From Schaalia odontolytica (lineage in GTDB: Bacteria; Actinomycetota; Actinomycetes; Actinomycetales; Actinomycetaceae), in assembly GCF_005696695.1 (NCBI RefSeq), contig NZ_CP040006.1:90001-122000 (forward strand): 32,000 bases of DNA, read 5' to 3'. The number at the start of each line of letters is the position of its first letter. The first letter of the stretch is position 1. Shown here piece after piece: positions 22,910 through 32,000 of this stretch. The position numbers were made by a program, and so were the translations under genes. Below the pieces are notes generated by a model that was not told the origin of the DNA, did no database searches, and saw nothing but the letters and a program-made list of their open reading frames with translations.

Positions 22910-25122
22910 GTCCTAACCTCCTCGATAATGTGTGCTCCCGCACTTGGTTGTATCAGGGAGCCAAGCATGTGTTTGATCGTAATAGCTGCAAGCGCGATGA
23001 GCGCAATCACGATGATTGCGACGATAACCGCGCGAATAATCTGCCTGGATGCTGGGACGGGTGGTGCGACGACGCTGCGCGAGTACGCGGTCTTGGCCGC
23101 CGGACGGGTACGTTGCGCGCTGCGAGCGTCGAGCTCGTGCCAGCGCGGCCCGCGCTTGGCCTTCTCGGGCCGCGGCTCGTAGACCGAGCGTCGCTGGCGC
23201 TTTGAGGGCGTGGCTGCGCGAGGCTGGGGAACGGTCCCGTACACGCGCGGCGACGAGGCCGTGGCCGCCTTGTCGCGGCGAGGCGACTCGGAGCGGGCGG
23301 GCTGAGGAATGCGCGGGGTCGCCTGACGAGCCGCCTGACGCTTGGCTTCTTCGGCCTCGCGGCGTTCGCGAGCTTCACGGCGCTCGCGGGCTTCTTGAAG
23401 CTCGCGCTGGCGCTGTTCTTCCTCGCGGGCGACGGCTGCGCGGCGCTGCTCCTCGGCTGCGTCTTCGGCCTGGCGGGCTGCCTCGCGCTGGCGCAGTCGC
23501 TCGGCGAGGGCGGCGCGTCGATCCTGCGGCTCGGACGGCAGCGGGGTCTTCGGCGCGGCGGTGTGCGCGGGCGCTGCGTCGGCCGGAGGGGCCGGGATAG
23601 GCGCGGAACGCTGCGCGGGCGCCGAGGCCTGGGGGCGCTGGGCGGTCTCGCTGCTGGGCTGGGGGACCTGCTCGGAGCGAGCGGGAGCCGCGTGCCTCGG
23701 GATGGAACCCGTGGTCGGGCGGGCGGTGGCGGCCTGCGCAGGCGCAGGGGCAGCGGGCACAGGAGCCGGGTGCGCGGGCGCTGTCTTGGGTGTGGATCGC
23801 GTCGGGATCGGGGCCGACACCGGTGCCGGCGGGTTCGCTGCGGGGGCCGGGACGGCTGCGTGGCGACCGGTCGAGGTCAGCGATCGGACAGCACCCGACA
23901 CCGCGGGCGCCTGCTCGCCGGTCGTCTCGGGGTGCAGGCGACGAACCCGGGTGGGAGCGGACACGGGGTGAGAGACCGGGGGAACCTCGGCCTCGTCGAG
24001 GATGCGCGGCACGGCGGCGTGGCGACCCGTGATCGGGATCGGGGCCGAGGAGGGGGCAATCGTCGTCGCTTCGTCGAGGACGGGCAGCTTGGCATGGCGG
24101 CCCGTCGTCGCGCGCACCTTCGGAGTGAGTCCCGAGGGGGGCTGCAGCATCTCGTCGGGCAGAGTACGGCGCGTCAGGTGACGCACCGGTGCGACGATCG
24201 GCACCGACGGCTGGACGGGCGTGCGCACCTCTTCGGGGCGCTGCGCGGCCTTCGGCAGGGGCAGCGGGCGAGGGGTCACGGAGACGCCCATCGCCTTGGC
24301 TGCGCTCGCGATTTCGCGAACGGCCGCGGATCCGGACTCGGGGCGCTTCGCGGGATCCTTCTCCAGCAGGTGCAAGATGACGTCGGCCAGAGGCTCGGGA
24401 ACGAAATCCGGCAGCGGCGGAACGGGATCGTTGACATGCGCGAAGGCGATGTCCACCTGGGTCTCGCCGGTGAACGGACGTCGACCGGCCGCGGCCTCGT
24501 AGGCGATGACGCCCAGGGCGTAGAGGTCACCGATGGGGGTGGCGACCTCGCCCATGGCCTGCTCGGGCGGCAGGTACTGGGCGGTGCCCATGACCATGCC
24601 CGCGGCGGTCAGGTTGACCTGGCCCTTCGCGCGAGAGATGCCGAAGTCCGTCAGCTTCACCATGCCATCAGGGCGAACAATGATGTTCGCGGGCTTGATG
24701 TCGCGGTGTACGACGCCCGCGCGCGCGGCAGCGCCCAGCGCCATCGCGACCTGCACGAGGATCGGCATGAGGTACTCGGGCTCAATGCGGGAGCCGCCGC
24801 GCAGGTAATCCGTCAGCGGATGGCCGTCGACGAGCTCCATGATGATCCAGCCGATGCCGTCTTCCTCGCCCGAATCCTGAGTGTTGGCGATATTCGGGTG
24901 CGAGATCGACATCGAGTTACGGGCCTCGAGGCGCAGGCGCGAGAGTGAAAGCTCCTCGCCCGTCAGCTCGGGGCGCAGGACCTTCGCGGCGACGATGTGG
25001 CCGCTGACGCGGTCGCGGGCCTTCCATACCTCGCCCATGCCGCCCTGGGCGATCGGGGTGAGCAGCGTGTAGCGTCCCCCGAGCACTCGCCCGGCACCGG
25101 AAGTCATGCGTGGCGTGCTCAC
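22882..25122 (-). CDS. pknA: Ser/Thr protein kinase PknA-like with unusually long low-complexity linker and C-terminal TM
   Basis: GTG 25122 overlaps the pbpA stop (GTGA). HRDIKPAN, DFGIS, GTAQYLPPE. Approximately 410-aa Pro/Ala/Arg/Glu-rich linker. TM IIRAVIVAIIVIALIALAAITI near the C-terminus. Confidence 0.9.
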   Translation of the reverse strand: MSTPRMTSGAGRVLGGRYTLLTPIAQGGMGEVWKARDRVSGHIVAAKVLRPELTGEELSLSRLRLEARNSMSISHPNIANTQDSGEEDGIGWIIMELVDGHPLTDYLRGGSRIEPEYLMPILVQVAMALGAAARAGVVHRDIKPANIIVRPDGMVKLTDFGISRAKGQVNLTAAGMVMGTAQYLPPEQAMGEVATPIGDLYALGVIAYEAAAGRRPFTGETQVDIAFAHVNDPVPPLPDFVPEPLADVILHLLEKDPAKRPESGSAAVREIASAAKAMGVSVTPRPLPLPKAAQRPEEVRTPVQPSVPIVAPVRHLTRRTLPDEMLQPPSGLTPKVRATTGRHAKLPVLDEATTIAPSSAPIPITGRHAAVPRILDEAEVPPVSHPVSAPTRVRRLHPETTGEQAPAVSGAVRSLTSTGRHAAVPAPAANPPAPVSAPIPTRSTPKTAPAHPAPVPAAPAPAQAATARPTTGSIPRHAAPARSEQVPQPSSETAQRPQASAPAQRSAPIPAPPADAAPAHTAAPKTPLPSEPQDRRAALAERLRQREAARQAEDAAEEQRRAAVAREEEQRQRELQEARERREARERREAEEAKRQAARQATPRIPQPARSESPRRDKAATASSPRVYGTVPQPRAATPSKRQRRSVYEPRPEKAKRGPRWHELDARSAQRTRPAAKTAYSRSVVAPPVPASRQIIRAVIVAIIVIALIALAAITIKHMLGSLIQPSAGAHIIEEVRTWQSPWPTV

Positions 25123-26570
25123 TTGAGCCCCGCTTCCAGGAGGGCGCGGGCGATCGGGCCGGCCACGTCTCCGCCGTGCGGCGTGGGATCGTTGTCGTCG
25201 CCCTCAACGAGGACGGCGAAAGCGATGTGCGGGTTGTCCGCCGGGGCAAAACCGACGGCCCAGGCGTTCGCGCGGTCGCCGTTGCCGGTCTCGGCGGTGC
25301 CGGTCTTGGCGGCCACCGCAATGTTCGGCAGGGCCATCGTGGTGCCGGTGCCGTAGGGCTGGGAGACCACGGATTCCATCATGGCGCGCAGCTTCGAGGC
25401 CGTCTCCGACGAGATCGGTTTGCCGGCGTCGGTCGGGCTGTTCGTGCGCACGACCTGGTTGTCGGCGTCCACGATCGAGTCGATGAGGTAGGGGGTCATC
25501 ATCTGGCCGTCGTTCGCGATGGCCTGGGCGACCTGCGCCATCTGCAGAGGCGTCGTCTGAACCGTGTACTGGCCGATCGAGCTCATCGCGAGCTGCGCGG
25601 CGTCCGCGTCGGCGGGGAACACGGAGGGCGTCACCGTCAGCGGAATCTGAGACTCGCGGCCAAAGCCGAAGCGGTTCGTCACGTCGAGGAGCTGCTGGTT
25701 CGTCAGCTGCTCGGAAGCCAACACGAAGGTCGTGTTGCACGAGCGCGCGAAGGCCTCGGTGAGCGTTGGGTTGCCGTCGCCGCAGGTGGAGGACTCGATG
25801 TTGGAGACCTCGGTCGCCGTGCCCGGCAGGGTCGTCGACACGGGCGAGGGCATGTGCATGTCCGGGTCGGCGAGGCCGTTTTCGATGAGGGCGATCGTTG
25901 TGAGGATCTTGAACGTCGAGCCGGGGGCGTAGCGCTCTGAGATTGCGCGGTTGAGCAGCGGGTTGTTCGGGTCCGAGGAAAGCGCGGAGAACGCGTCGGA
26001 CACCGCGCTGGCGTCGGAGGAGGCCAGCTGGTTCGGGTCGAAGGTCGGCGACGAATACATCGCCAGAACCGCGCCGGTGCGCGCATCCAGGGCCACGACG
26101 GCGCCCTTGCGGTTACCGAGGGCCTCGGCTGCAGCCTTCTGCATCTGAGAGTTCAGGGTGAGGGAGACGCCGCCGCCCTGACGGTTCTGGCCCGTCAGGA
26201 GATTGCGCAGGCGCTGTCCGAGGAGCGTCTGGGACTGGCCGTCCAGGACGTCCTCCTCGGCGGCCTCGATGCCCGTCGACGCGTTGCCCACCGACGAGAA
26301 GTAGCCCGTGACCGGCGCGTACAGCGGCCCATCGGAGTAGGTGCGCACGTAGCGCTTCGAGTCTTCCTCGCGCTCCGAGGAGGCGATCGCCGTCTTGTCG
26401 ACGATGATCGGGCCGCGGTCGGTTTCGGCCGCGTGCAGGATCGTGCGCTGGTTGCGAGCGTCGGCGTTGAGTGAGGACGCGGAAATGAACTGCGTGTTCG
26501 TGATGCCCACGCCCAGCAGGGCGAACATCAGGAGAACGATGATGAAGATCTTGCGGATCTGGTTATTCAC
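25119..26570 (-). CDS. pbpA: class B penicillin-binding protein (PbpA-type transpeptidase)
   Basis: GTG 26570. N-terminal TM. SxxK (GSTFK), SxN (RSCN) and KTG (AKTGTAE) motifs read directly. Confidence 0.9.
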   Translation of the reverse strand: MNNQIRKIFIIVLLMFALLGVGITNTQFISASSLNADARNQRTILHAAETDRGPIIVDKTAIASSEREEDSKRYVRTYSDGPLYAPVTGYFSSVGNASTGIEAAEEDVLDGQSQTLLGQRLRNLLTGQNRQGGGVSLTLNSQMQKAAAEALGNRKGAVVALDARTGAVLAMYSSPTFDPNQLASSDASAVSDAFSALSSDPNNPLLNRAISERYAPGSTFKILTTIALIENGLADPDMHMPSPVSTTLPGTATEVSNIESSTCGDGNPTLTEAFARSCNTTFVLASEQLTNQQLLDVTNRFGFGRESQIPLTVTPSVFPADADAAQLAMSSIGQYTVQTTPLQMAQVAQAIANDGQMMTPYLIDSIVDADNQVVRTNSPTDAGKPISSETASKLRAMMESVVSQPYGTGTTMALPNIAVAAKTGTAETGNGDRANAWAVGFAPADNPHIAFAVLVEGDDNDPTPHGGDVAGPIARALLEAGLK

Positions 26571-26573
26571 GGC

Positions 26574-27953
26574 TCACTCACCCACTCCCACGGCGGGCTG
26601 GATACCGGAGTTCCACGGCGCGGGGGCCGAGGCCGGGCGGCGAGCAGCGTCCGACACGCGGATCAGCAGCGCGACGGTGATCCAGGAGGACACCATCGAC
26701 GAGCCGCCCGCAGCGAGGAACGGGGCCGTCAGGCCGGTCAACGGAATGATGCGCGTGATGCCGCCGAGCACCACGAACAGCTGAATAGCCAGCGAGAAGC
26801 TCAGGCCGGTCGCCAGGAGCTTGCCGAAGCCGTCGCGCACCGTCAGCGCCGCGCGCAGGCCTCGCTGGATGAGGATCAGGTACAGGACCAGGATGGCGGC
26901 CATGCCGGTCAGGCCCAGCTCCTCCGCGAAGGAGGACAGGATGAAGTCCGAGTTCGCCAGCGGCACGAGCTGCGGGTAGCCGCGGCCCCAACCGGTGCCC
27001 ATGAGGCCGCCCGAGGCCTGGCCGAACAGACCCTGAACGAGCTGGTAGGACCCGCGGTCGTACACGTCGGGATCCAGGGCGTTGAGCCAGATGTTGAAGC
27101 GCGTCTGCACGTGGCTGAAAGACTTCACCGCGATCGCGACGGCCGGCACGAAGAGCGTGAAACCGATGACCAGCCACGACACGCGGTTCGTCGCCACGTA
27201 CAGCATCGCGACGAACAGGCCGAAGAAGAGCAGCGAGGTGCCCAGATCGCGCTGCAGGACGAGGATCGCGATGCCGATCAGCCACACGACCATGATCGGA
27301 CCGAGGTCGCGGGCGCGCGGCAGGCGCATGCCCAGGAACTTGCGGCCGCCGATCGCCAGGTTGTCGCGGTTCGTCACGAGGTATCCGGCGAAGAAGATCG
27401 CCAGCGTGATCTTCACGAGCTCACCGGGCTGGACGGAGATGGGACCCAGGTGGATCCAGACGCGCGCACCGAAGGTCTCCTGGCCCAGGCCGGGAATCAT
27501 CGGCAGGAGCAGCAGGAACAGCGACAGTGCGCCGAAGGTGTAGGTGTAGCGGCGCAGCATGCGGTGGTCGCGCAGCATGATCAAGATGATGGCCGCGATA
27601 ACGATCGCGATGCCCACGAAGAGCGCCTGGCGGAAGCCCACCGTGGCCTCGTCCCTGCGCGCGTACGACAGGTCGAGGCGGTAGATCATCGCCAGCCCCA
27701 GGCCCGTCAGCGCCACGGCGACCGGCAGGATCACCGGGTCCGCGTAGGGTGCCAGGAAGTGCACGCCGACCTCGGCAATGATGGCGATCGCGACGAGCAC
27801 GCCGACCTGCGTGAGAAGGTTTGCGGGGATCTCCCCCGTGTAGTTCAGCGAGGTCAGCACGTAGCCGGCGATGCCGACGGCCAGAGCCAGGCCCATAAGG
27901 GTCAGCTCCAGGAATCGGCGAGGCCGGGCGGGCGCGATCGATACGGTAGCCAT
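26574..27953 (-). CDS. rodA: FtsW/RodA/SpoVE family peptidoglycan glycosyltransferase
   Basis: ATG 27953 overlaps the pstP stop (TAATG). Approximately 10 hydrophobic segments. NSDFILSSFAEELGL and the extended periplasmic loop typical of the SEDS family. Position between pstP and pbpA. Confidence 0.9.
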   Translation of the reverse strand: MATVSIAPARPRRFLELTLMGLALAVGIAGYVLTSLNYTGEIPANLLTQVGVLVAIAIIAEVGVHFLAPYADPVILPVAVALTGLGLAMIYRLDLSYARRDEATVGFRQALFVGIAIVIAAIILIMLRDHRMLRRYTYTFGALSLFLLLLPMIPGLGQETFGARVWIHLGPISVQPGELVKITLAIFFAGYLVTNRDNLAIGGRKFLGMRLPRARDLGPIMVVWLIGIAILVLQRDLGTSLLFFGLFVAMLYVATNRVSWLVIGFTLFVPAVAIAVKSFSHVQTRFNIWLNALDPDVYDRGSYQLVQGLFGQASGGLMGTGWGRGYPQLVPLANSDFILSSFAEELGLTGMAAILVLYLILIQRGLRAALTVRDGFGKLLATGLSFSLAIQLFVVLGGITRIIPLTGLTAPFLAAGGSSMVSSWITVALLIRVSDAARRPASAPAPWNSGIQPAVGVGE

Positions 27954-29251
27954 TAGGAGGCGCCCCCGCTCTGTGCCCCGGACTGGGCCTCACCGGACTG
28001 CGGCGCGCCCGACTGGGGCGTTGGCGACGAGGGGGTGGCGGGCTGGACGACCGAGCGGCGCAGGCCCTCGATGTAGGAGTCGATGTCGGCGCGCGAGGAG
28101 CGCAGCACCGGGGTGTCGAGGCGCTGACGGTCCACGGGCGCGAGGTCGGACAGCGCGACGTTGGAGACCTCCACCGCGTGGGAGAGCTGCCACGGGCCGA
28201 TCGACTGGGGGATGCCCTGGTAGATGACGACGTAGCCGTCCTGGCCGATCGCGTAGTACTGGGTTTGCGTCCACTTCCACGACATCCACGACGCGGCGAC
28301 CACGAGGACCGTCACGAGTGAGATGAACACGGGGGTCCACCACGAGGAGCGGGGCTTGAGCTCGACGGGGGCCTCGTCCTCGTCGCTGGGGGTGCCCGAG
28401 GCCGAGGAGCCCAGGGCAGCAGCGCGCGCGGCCGCTCCGTCCCCGCCGCGCGACTTGGCGTTGCGGTCGATGGCCGCGGCACCCACGATCTGCGGGGGAG
28501 CGGGCGGGAACGTGCCGGCGGGGACGATGTCCGCGATGACGCACGTGATGTTGTCGGGGCCGCCACCCAGGAGGGCCAGGCGGATGAGCTCTTCGGCGCA
28601 CTCGCCCGGATCCTTGAAATCGGCCATGACCTGGCCGATCGTCTCGGGGGAGACGACGCCGGACAGGCCGTCGGAGCACAGCATCCAGCGGTCGCCGACG
28701 ACGGCTTCGCGGATCGTCTCGTCGGGGGCCACGTCGGCCTGCGCGTCGCCGAGGATCTTCAGGACGACGTTGCGGTTGGGGTGGTGCTCGGCTTCCTCGG
28801 GAGTGATCTGGCCGGTGTCGACCAGGTACTGCACGAAGGAGTGGTCGGTCGTGACCTGCGTGAGCGTGTCGCCGCGCAGCACGTAGGCGCGCGAGTCGCC
28901 GATGTGGACCATCGCGAGGCGGTTGCCGGAGCGCATGAGCGCGATGCAGGTGGTGCCCAGGCCTTCGAGGTCGCGGTCGCGGCTCGAGCGTTCGGTGAGC
29001 TCCTCGTGCGCGTCGAGGAGGGCCTCGCGCAGGAGGGGGAGCATCGAGTCTGCCGGGTGCGAGTCCGTGTCGAGGGGGACGAGGTGCGCGAGGGCCACCG
29101 AGGAGGCGATGTCGCCGCCTGCGGGACCGCCCATGCCGTCGGCGAGGACCAGCAGGTTCGCGCCGGCGTATCCGGAGTCCTGGTTGTTGGAACGTACGAG
29201 GCCCACGTCTGAGCGGGCAGCGTAGTGGAATTGAACCGCGTTTCCTGACAT
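27953..29251 (-). CDS. pstP: PP2C-family Ser/Thr phosphatase PstP with TM and extracytoplasmic C-terminal domain
   Basis: ATG 29251 lies 1 nt after the fhaB stop (TGATATG). RSNNQDS, LADGMGGPAGGD, CSDGLS. TM WWTPVFISLVTVLVVAASWMSW. Confidence 0.9.
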   Translation of the reverse strand: MSGNAVQFHYAARSDVGLVRSNNQDSGYAGANLLVLADGMGGPAGGDIASSVALAHLVPLDTDSHPADSMLPLLREALLDAHEELTERSSRDRDLEGLGTTCIALMRSGNRLAMVHIGDSRAYVLRGDTLTQVTTDHSFVQYLVDTGQITPEEAEHHPNRNVVLKILGDAQADVAPDETIREAVVGDRWMLCSDGLSGVVSPETIGQVMADFKDPGECAEELIRLALLGGGPDNITCVIADIVPAGTFPPAPPQIVGAAAIDRNAKSRGGDGAAARAAALGSSASGTPSDEDEAPVELKPRSSWWTPVFISLVTVLVVAASWMSWKWTQTQYYAIGQDGYVVIYQGIPQSIGPWQLSHAVEVSNVALSDLAPVDRQRLDTPVLRSSRADIDSYIEGLRRSVVQPATPSSPTPQSGAPQSGEAQSGAQSGGAS

Positions 29252-29252
29252 A

Positions 29253-29756
29253 TCAACCCACCAATTCGAGAGTCGTCTGGCCGATGCGGATGACGTCACC
29301 GATCTTGAGCTGGCGCGGGGCGCTCAGGCGCTCGTCGTCGATGAAGGTGCCGTTACGGCTGGAGAGGTCTTCGATCCACCAGCCGTCGGACTGGGGGGTG
29401 AGTGCTGCGTGGCGGCTGGACGCGTACTCGTCTTCGAGCACGAGGGTGCACGCGGGGGAGCGGCCGATGACGATGGGGGCCTCGCCGAGGGGCAGCATGG
29501 TGCCGACGAGGGGGCCGCCGGTCACCAGGAGATCCTTGGGGGCCAGGGGGTTCGTGGACGTGCGCTTCTTGTTGTCCTTGCGCTTCTCACGGGAGGCTTT
29601 GCGGCGTGAGGTGGCCTTGTCGCGTCCCTTGCCGCGCGGGGTTACGACTGTGCCGAAGATGTCGCGTCGCAGCGTGTTGACGGCCGCGAGCACGAGGAGC
29701 CACAGCAGCACCAGGAACCCGATGCGGAAAACGGTAAATGCGAGGTCAGTGGTCAC
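29253..29756 (-). CDS. fhaB: FHA-domain membrane protein FhaB/FipA
   Basis: GTG 29756 chosen just after the fhaA stop (29761). N-terminal TM (AFTVFRIGFLVLLWLLVLAAV). C-terminal FHA (IVIGRSPACTLVLEDEYASSRHAAL...SSRNGTFIDD). Confidence 0.85.
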   Translation of the reverse strand: MTTDLAFTVFRIGFLVLLWLLVLAAVNTLRRDIFGTVVTPRGKGRDKATSRRKASREKRKDNKKRTSTNPLAPKDLLVTGGPLVGTMLPLGEAPIVIGRSPACTLVLEDEYASSRHAALTPQSDGWWIEDLSSRNGTFIDDERLSAPRQLKIGDVIRIGQTTLELVG

Positions 29757-29760
29757 TTCA

Positions 29761-30462
29761 TTAAACTCCGCTCTGGTCTGGGTGCGTCCAGAAGAGGATC
29801 TTGGTGCGTCCGATGACGATCTGGTTGCCGTCGAGCAGGGTCGCTGCGTCGATGCGGTGGCCCTCAACGAAGGAGCCGTTGGTGGAGCCCAGATCGGTCG
29901 CGATCACGCCGGTGGGCGTGATGCGCAGTTCGAGGTGGCGGCGCGAGACGCCCGAGTCGTTGACGACGATGTCGGCTTCGGAGCCGCGTCCGATGACGGT
30001 GACGGGCTCGGTGAGGAGCCACTTTTCGCCGTCGACGTCGATGATCGGGTGCTCGGGGGACGCGGACGAGGCCGTGGCGGGGGCCGCGGGTCCCCGGCGG
30101 TTTTCAGCGTCGACCTTCAGGGTGCCGCTGGGCTCGGAGGCGTCGGCGATGAATTCGATCGTGACGGGGCCGAGGAGGGAGTAGCCGTTCGCTGCGGCGT
30201 GTTCGGTGGCCTGCTGGGCGAACTCGTCGGCGAGGACGTCGAGGGAGGCCTCGAGGGAGGTGAGGTCGGTGCGCGAGGCGTAGACCGAGAAGTGGTTCGC
30301 GGCAATGATGCGCGAGGCGGAGACTTCCTGGACGGATTCGTCCATGGCGCGGCGGATCGCCGTGGTGATGTCCACGGGCTTGATCCCCGACCGGAACACA
30401 CGCGAGAAGGCGCCGTTGACGCCTCTCTCGACGGCGCTCTCGAAGCGGTCGAAGATACTCAT
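29761..30462 (-). CDS. fhaA: FhaA (DUF3662 N-terminal domain plus C-terminal FHA domain)
   Basis: MSIFDRFESAVERGVNGAFSRVF... N-terminus typical of FhaA. C-terminal VTVIGRGSEADIVVNDSGVSRRHLEL...STNGSFVEG. Confidence 0.9.
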   Translation of the reverse strand: MSIFDRFESAVERGVNGAFSRVFRSGIKPVDITTAIRRAMDESVQEVSASRIIAANHFSVYASRTDLTSLEASLDVLADEFAQQATEHAAANGYSLLGPVTIEFIADASEPSGTLKVDAENRRGPAAPATASSASPEHPIIDVDGEKWLLTEPVTVIGRGSEADIVVNDSGVSRRHLELRITPTGVIATDLGSTNGSFVEGHRIDAATLLDGNQIVIGRTKILFWTHPDQSGV

Positions 30463-31066
30463 AGTCGTGCTCTCCTCATTCCCCCGCGCTGTGCGCGCGA
30501 CGTACGGTGTGGGTGGAAGCGAGGCCGCTCCCAGTCACAGTTTAGCCGCCGCGCGAAGTGGTGTGGCCCCATCTGTCGGGATGTTCCCGATGAGTAAAGG
30601 CCCGCGCACTCGCATCGAAGGCCTGTCATGGCAGGGAATACCTTGTCATGATGCGCCTGTGACATTTGGTGCACATGTTACACGTGTGACGATAAGTGTG
30701 TTGGAGCAAACAGAGTGTGGACAGGTCGCGTCGCATGTTTGGTCTCGCTTGGCTGCAATTTCGCTCCTGGACTTCTGTTTTGGGGGAGGTCGTGTCGAGG
30801 TGTGTCCTGGCGGCACGCACATTGCGTCTGTTGCGCAGTGCACAATCGAAGGGTCTGACCAGGTGGTTGGTACTGCTGGCTCTTTCGTGTTGAGTGGCCG
30901 AGTGTGGGGTGAGGATGTGAAAAAGTGAGTCGGGTCGCCATTTGGGAATGGAGAGCTCGGTCTGGCAGTAATTGTCTGCATGGTCCGTCGAATAGGGGTG
31001 CCCTGTTCCGTATGTATGGGTACAGATAAATACTGACCTAGAGGGTTGTGCGGGAACTAAGTCCCA

Positions 31067-31095
31067 TTGTTATGGTGAGTCGGTAACCATAACAA
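31067..31095. promoter_or_regulatory. perfect 10-bp inverted repeat just upstream of the 31108 start
   Basis: TTGTTATGGT (31067-31076) and ACCATAACAA (31086-31095) separated by 9 nt. Ends 12 nt before ATG 31108. Operator or 5' UTR hairpin candidate. Confidence 0.4.
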
Positions 31096-31107
31096 CGTGG
31101 GGGCGGT

Positions 31108-32000
31108 ATGAGACTCACTGACATGCAGGGCGGCGTCCGCAGGAGTAGCGCTGCCGACCGAGACGACCATCCGCCGGCGGGTGGCCACCTGGCCGACCGC
31201 GCGGTGCAGGCGTCGCGCCTGTGTCGCATTACCGTGCGCGGAATCGTCGCCGCCGCACTGACGGGGCTTACCCTCTCCGGCCTCGTTCTGGTTCCTGGTG
31301 CAGCGCGAGCGGAGGCTCCCCTCGAGACCCCCGGCGCCGACAGCATCACCTTCAATCGATCCGAAGGGCGCATCGGCGCGGCCGTCCTCAACGACTCTGG
31401 TACTGACCGCACCACCGTCGTCGCCGACAACTCCTACTTCGGTATCGTGCCCGGTATGACGGTCTACAATTCCGCGGACCCCAACCAGCGCTCGGTTGCG
31501 TATCGAGCGGGATACTCCCAGGACTGGCTCGACGCGAATACAGCGAAGAGCGGTGACTACTGGTCCTATGTCACCCGAGGCGTTGCCTGGGACTACCACT
31601 TGGCCGCCTATTACCAGTACCCCTACTACGGCGAATACACGCCCGACGCGATCTCGACCTCGACGACGAGCGCGCTCGGCTACAAGCCGAACAATCCCGG
31701 AACCGTCCCGCTCAACAGCACCTTCCTGATCGGGGCCGTGCGCCACAACAACTTCCCTATCTACTCCCAGATCCACTGGGTGCACTCCTCGTTCGACATC
31801 CGCATCGGCAATCTGGAGGAGTCCTTCCCCTTCGACCAGCACGAGACGACGAACGACACGGACACGACCGCGGTCAAGCGTGAGGGTGGGCCCTACAAGG
31901 TGGCCTACCGTGCTTCCGCGCCGCGCACCTGCCCGTCGGACGCCCCCTACTACGCGCTCAACCGAAATACGGGTACCACGTGGTACTGCTACAAGTACGT
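31108..32000 (+). CDS. secreted protein with signal peptide, 5' partial (continues beyond window)
   Basis: Frame 1 is open from ATG 31108 to the window end by hand translation; it is absent from the ORF track because no stop is reached. Signal-like RGIVAAALTGLTLSGLVLVPGAARA-EAP. Tyr/Thr/Asn-rich mature part (AAYYQYPYYGEYTP, FLIGAVRHNNFPIY). The exact start is uncertain. Confidence 0.6.
   Translation, partial: MRLTDMQGGVRRSSAADRDDHPPAGGHLADRAVQASRLCRITVRGIVAAALTGLTLSGLVLVPGAARAEAPLETPGADSITFNRSEGRIGAAVLNDSGTDRTTVVADNSYFGIVPGMTVYNSADPNQRSVAYRAGYSQDWLDANTAKSGDYWSYVTRGVAWDYHLAAYYQYPYYGEYTPDAISTSTTSALGYKPNNPGTVPLNSTFLIGAVRHNNFPIYSQIHWVHSSFDIRIGNLEESFPFDQHETTNDTDTTAVKREGGPYKVAYRASAPRTCPSDAPYYALNRNTGTTWYCYKY

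Noticed and set aside
29284-30597. 437-aa plus-strand ORF across fhaB/fhaA
   Set aside because: It is an antisense shadow. The minus strand encodes two clear FHA-domain proteins with operon coupling.
30463-31107. Expected tRNA-Leu beyond fhaA, as in M. tuberculosis
   Set aside because: No T-arm-like GGTTCGAATCC/GGTTCAAGTCC-type motif or cloverleaf-compatible segment was found on either strand by eye. A tRNAscan run would be the definitive check.
31057-31842. 261-aa minus-strand ORF at the right edge
   Set aside because: It lies opposite a plus-strand frame that is open to the window end and has a credible signal peptide. Its composition (Gly/Val/Arg/Asp-rich) is typical of antisense frames.

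Overview
High-GC actinobacterial chromosome segment (Actinomycetales-like; genus not assignable from sequence alone). It has two parts. (1) About 14.6-30.5 kb is the conserved actinobacterial cell-division and cell-wall signalling neighbourhood. It runs: tail-anchored CwsA-like gene, ppiA, rhomboid protease, DUF364-like gene, crgA, DUF881 gene, class E sortase, a 51-codon membrane ORF absent from the ORF track, pabA/trpG. These are followed on the minus strand by the tightly coupled pknB-pknA-pbpA-rodA-pstP-fhaB-fhaA operon. A 645-bp intergenic region and the 5' part of a signal-peptide protein gene run off the right edge. (2) The left 14.4 kb looks accessory. Fifteen co-directional plus-strand genes encode small membrane proteins with Pro/Gln/Ala-rich N-termini. 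They fall into two interleaved paralog families. Repeat scars indicate tandem segmental duplication, including a duplicated copy of the last codons of an embedded Cof-type HAD phosphatase gene. This array converges, across a shared terminator hairpin, on a four-gene translationally coupled minus-strand operon. The operon encodes a 161-aa WXG-like helical-hairpin protein, a 587-aa protein with a similar hairpin N-terminus plus a long Gly-repeat (GxxxG-type) region, and two paralogous secreted S8 subtilases. One subtilase is frameshifted inside its signal peptide. No type VII secretion core genes, transposases, tRNAs, rRNAs or CRISPR arrays were seen. The most interesting candidate is the WXG-like / Gly-repeat / twin-subtilase operon together with the facing membrane-protein array; I speculate it could be an effector-plus-immunity-like or envelope-remodelling island. 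All family assignments come from motifs read by eye; no database search was possible.
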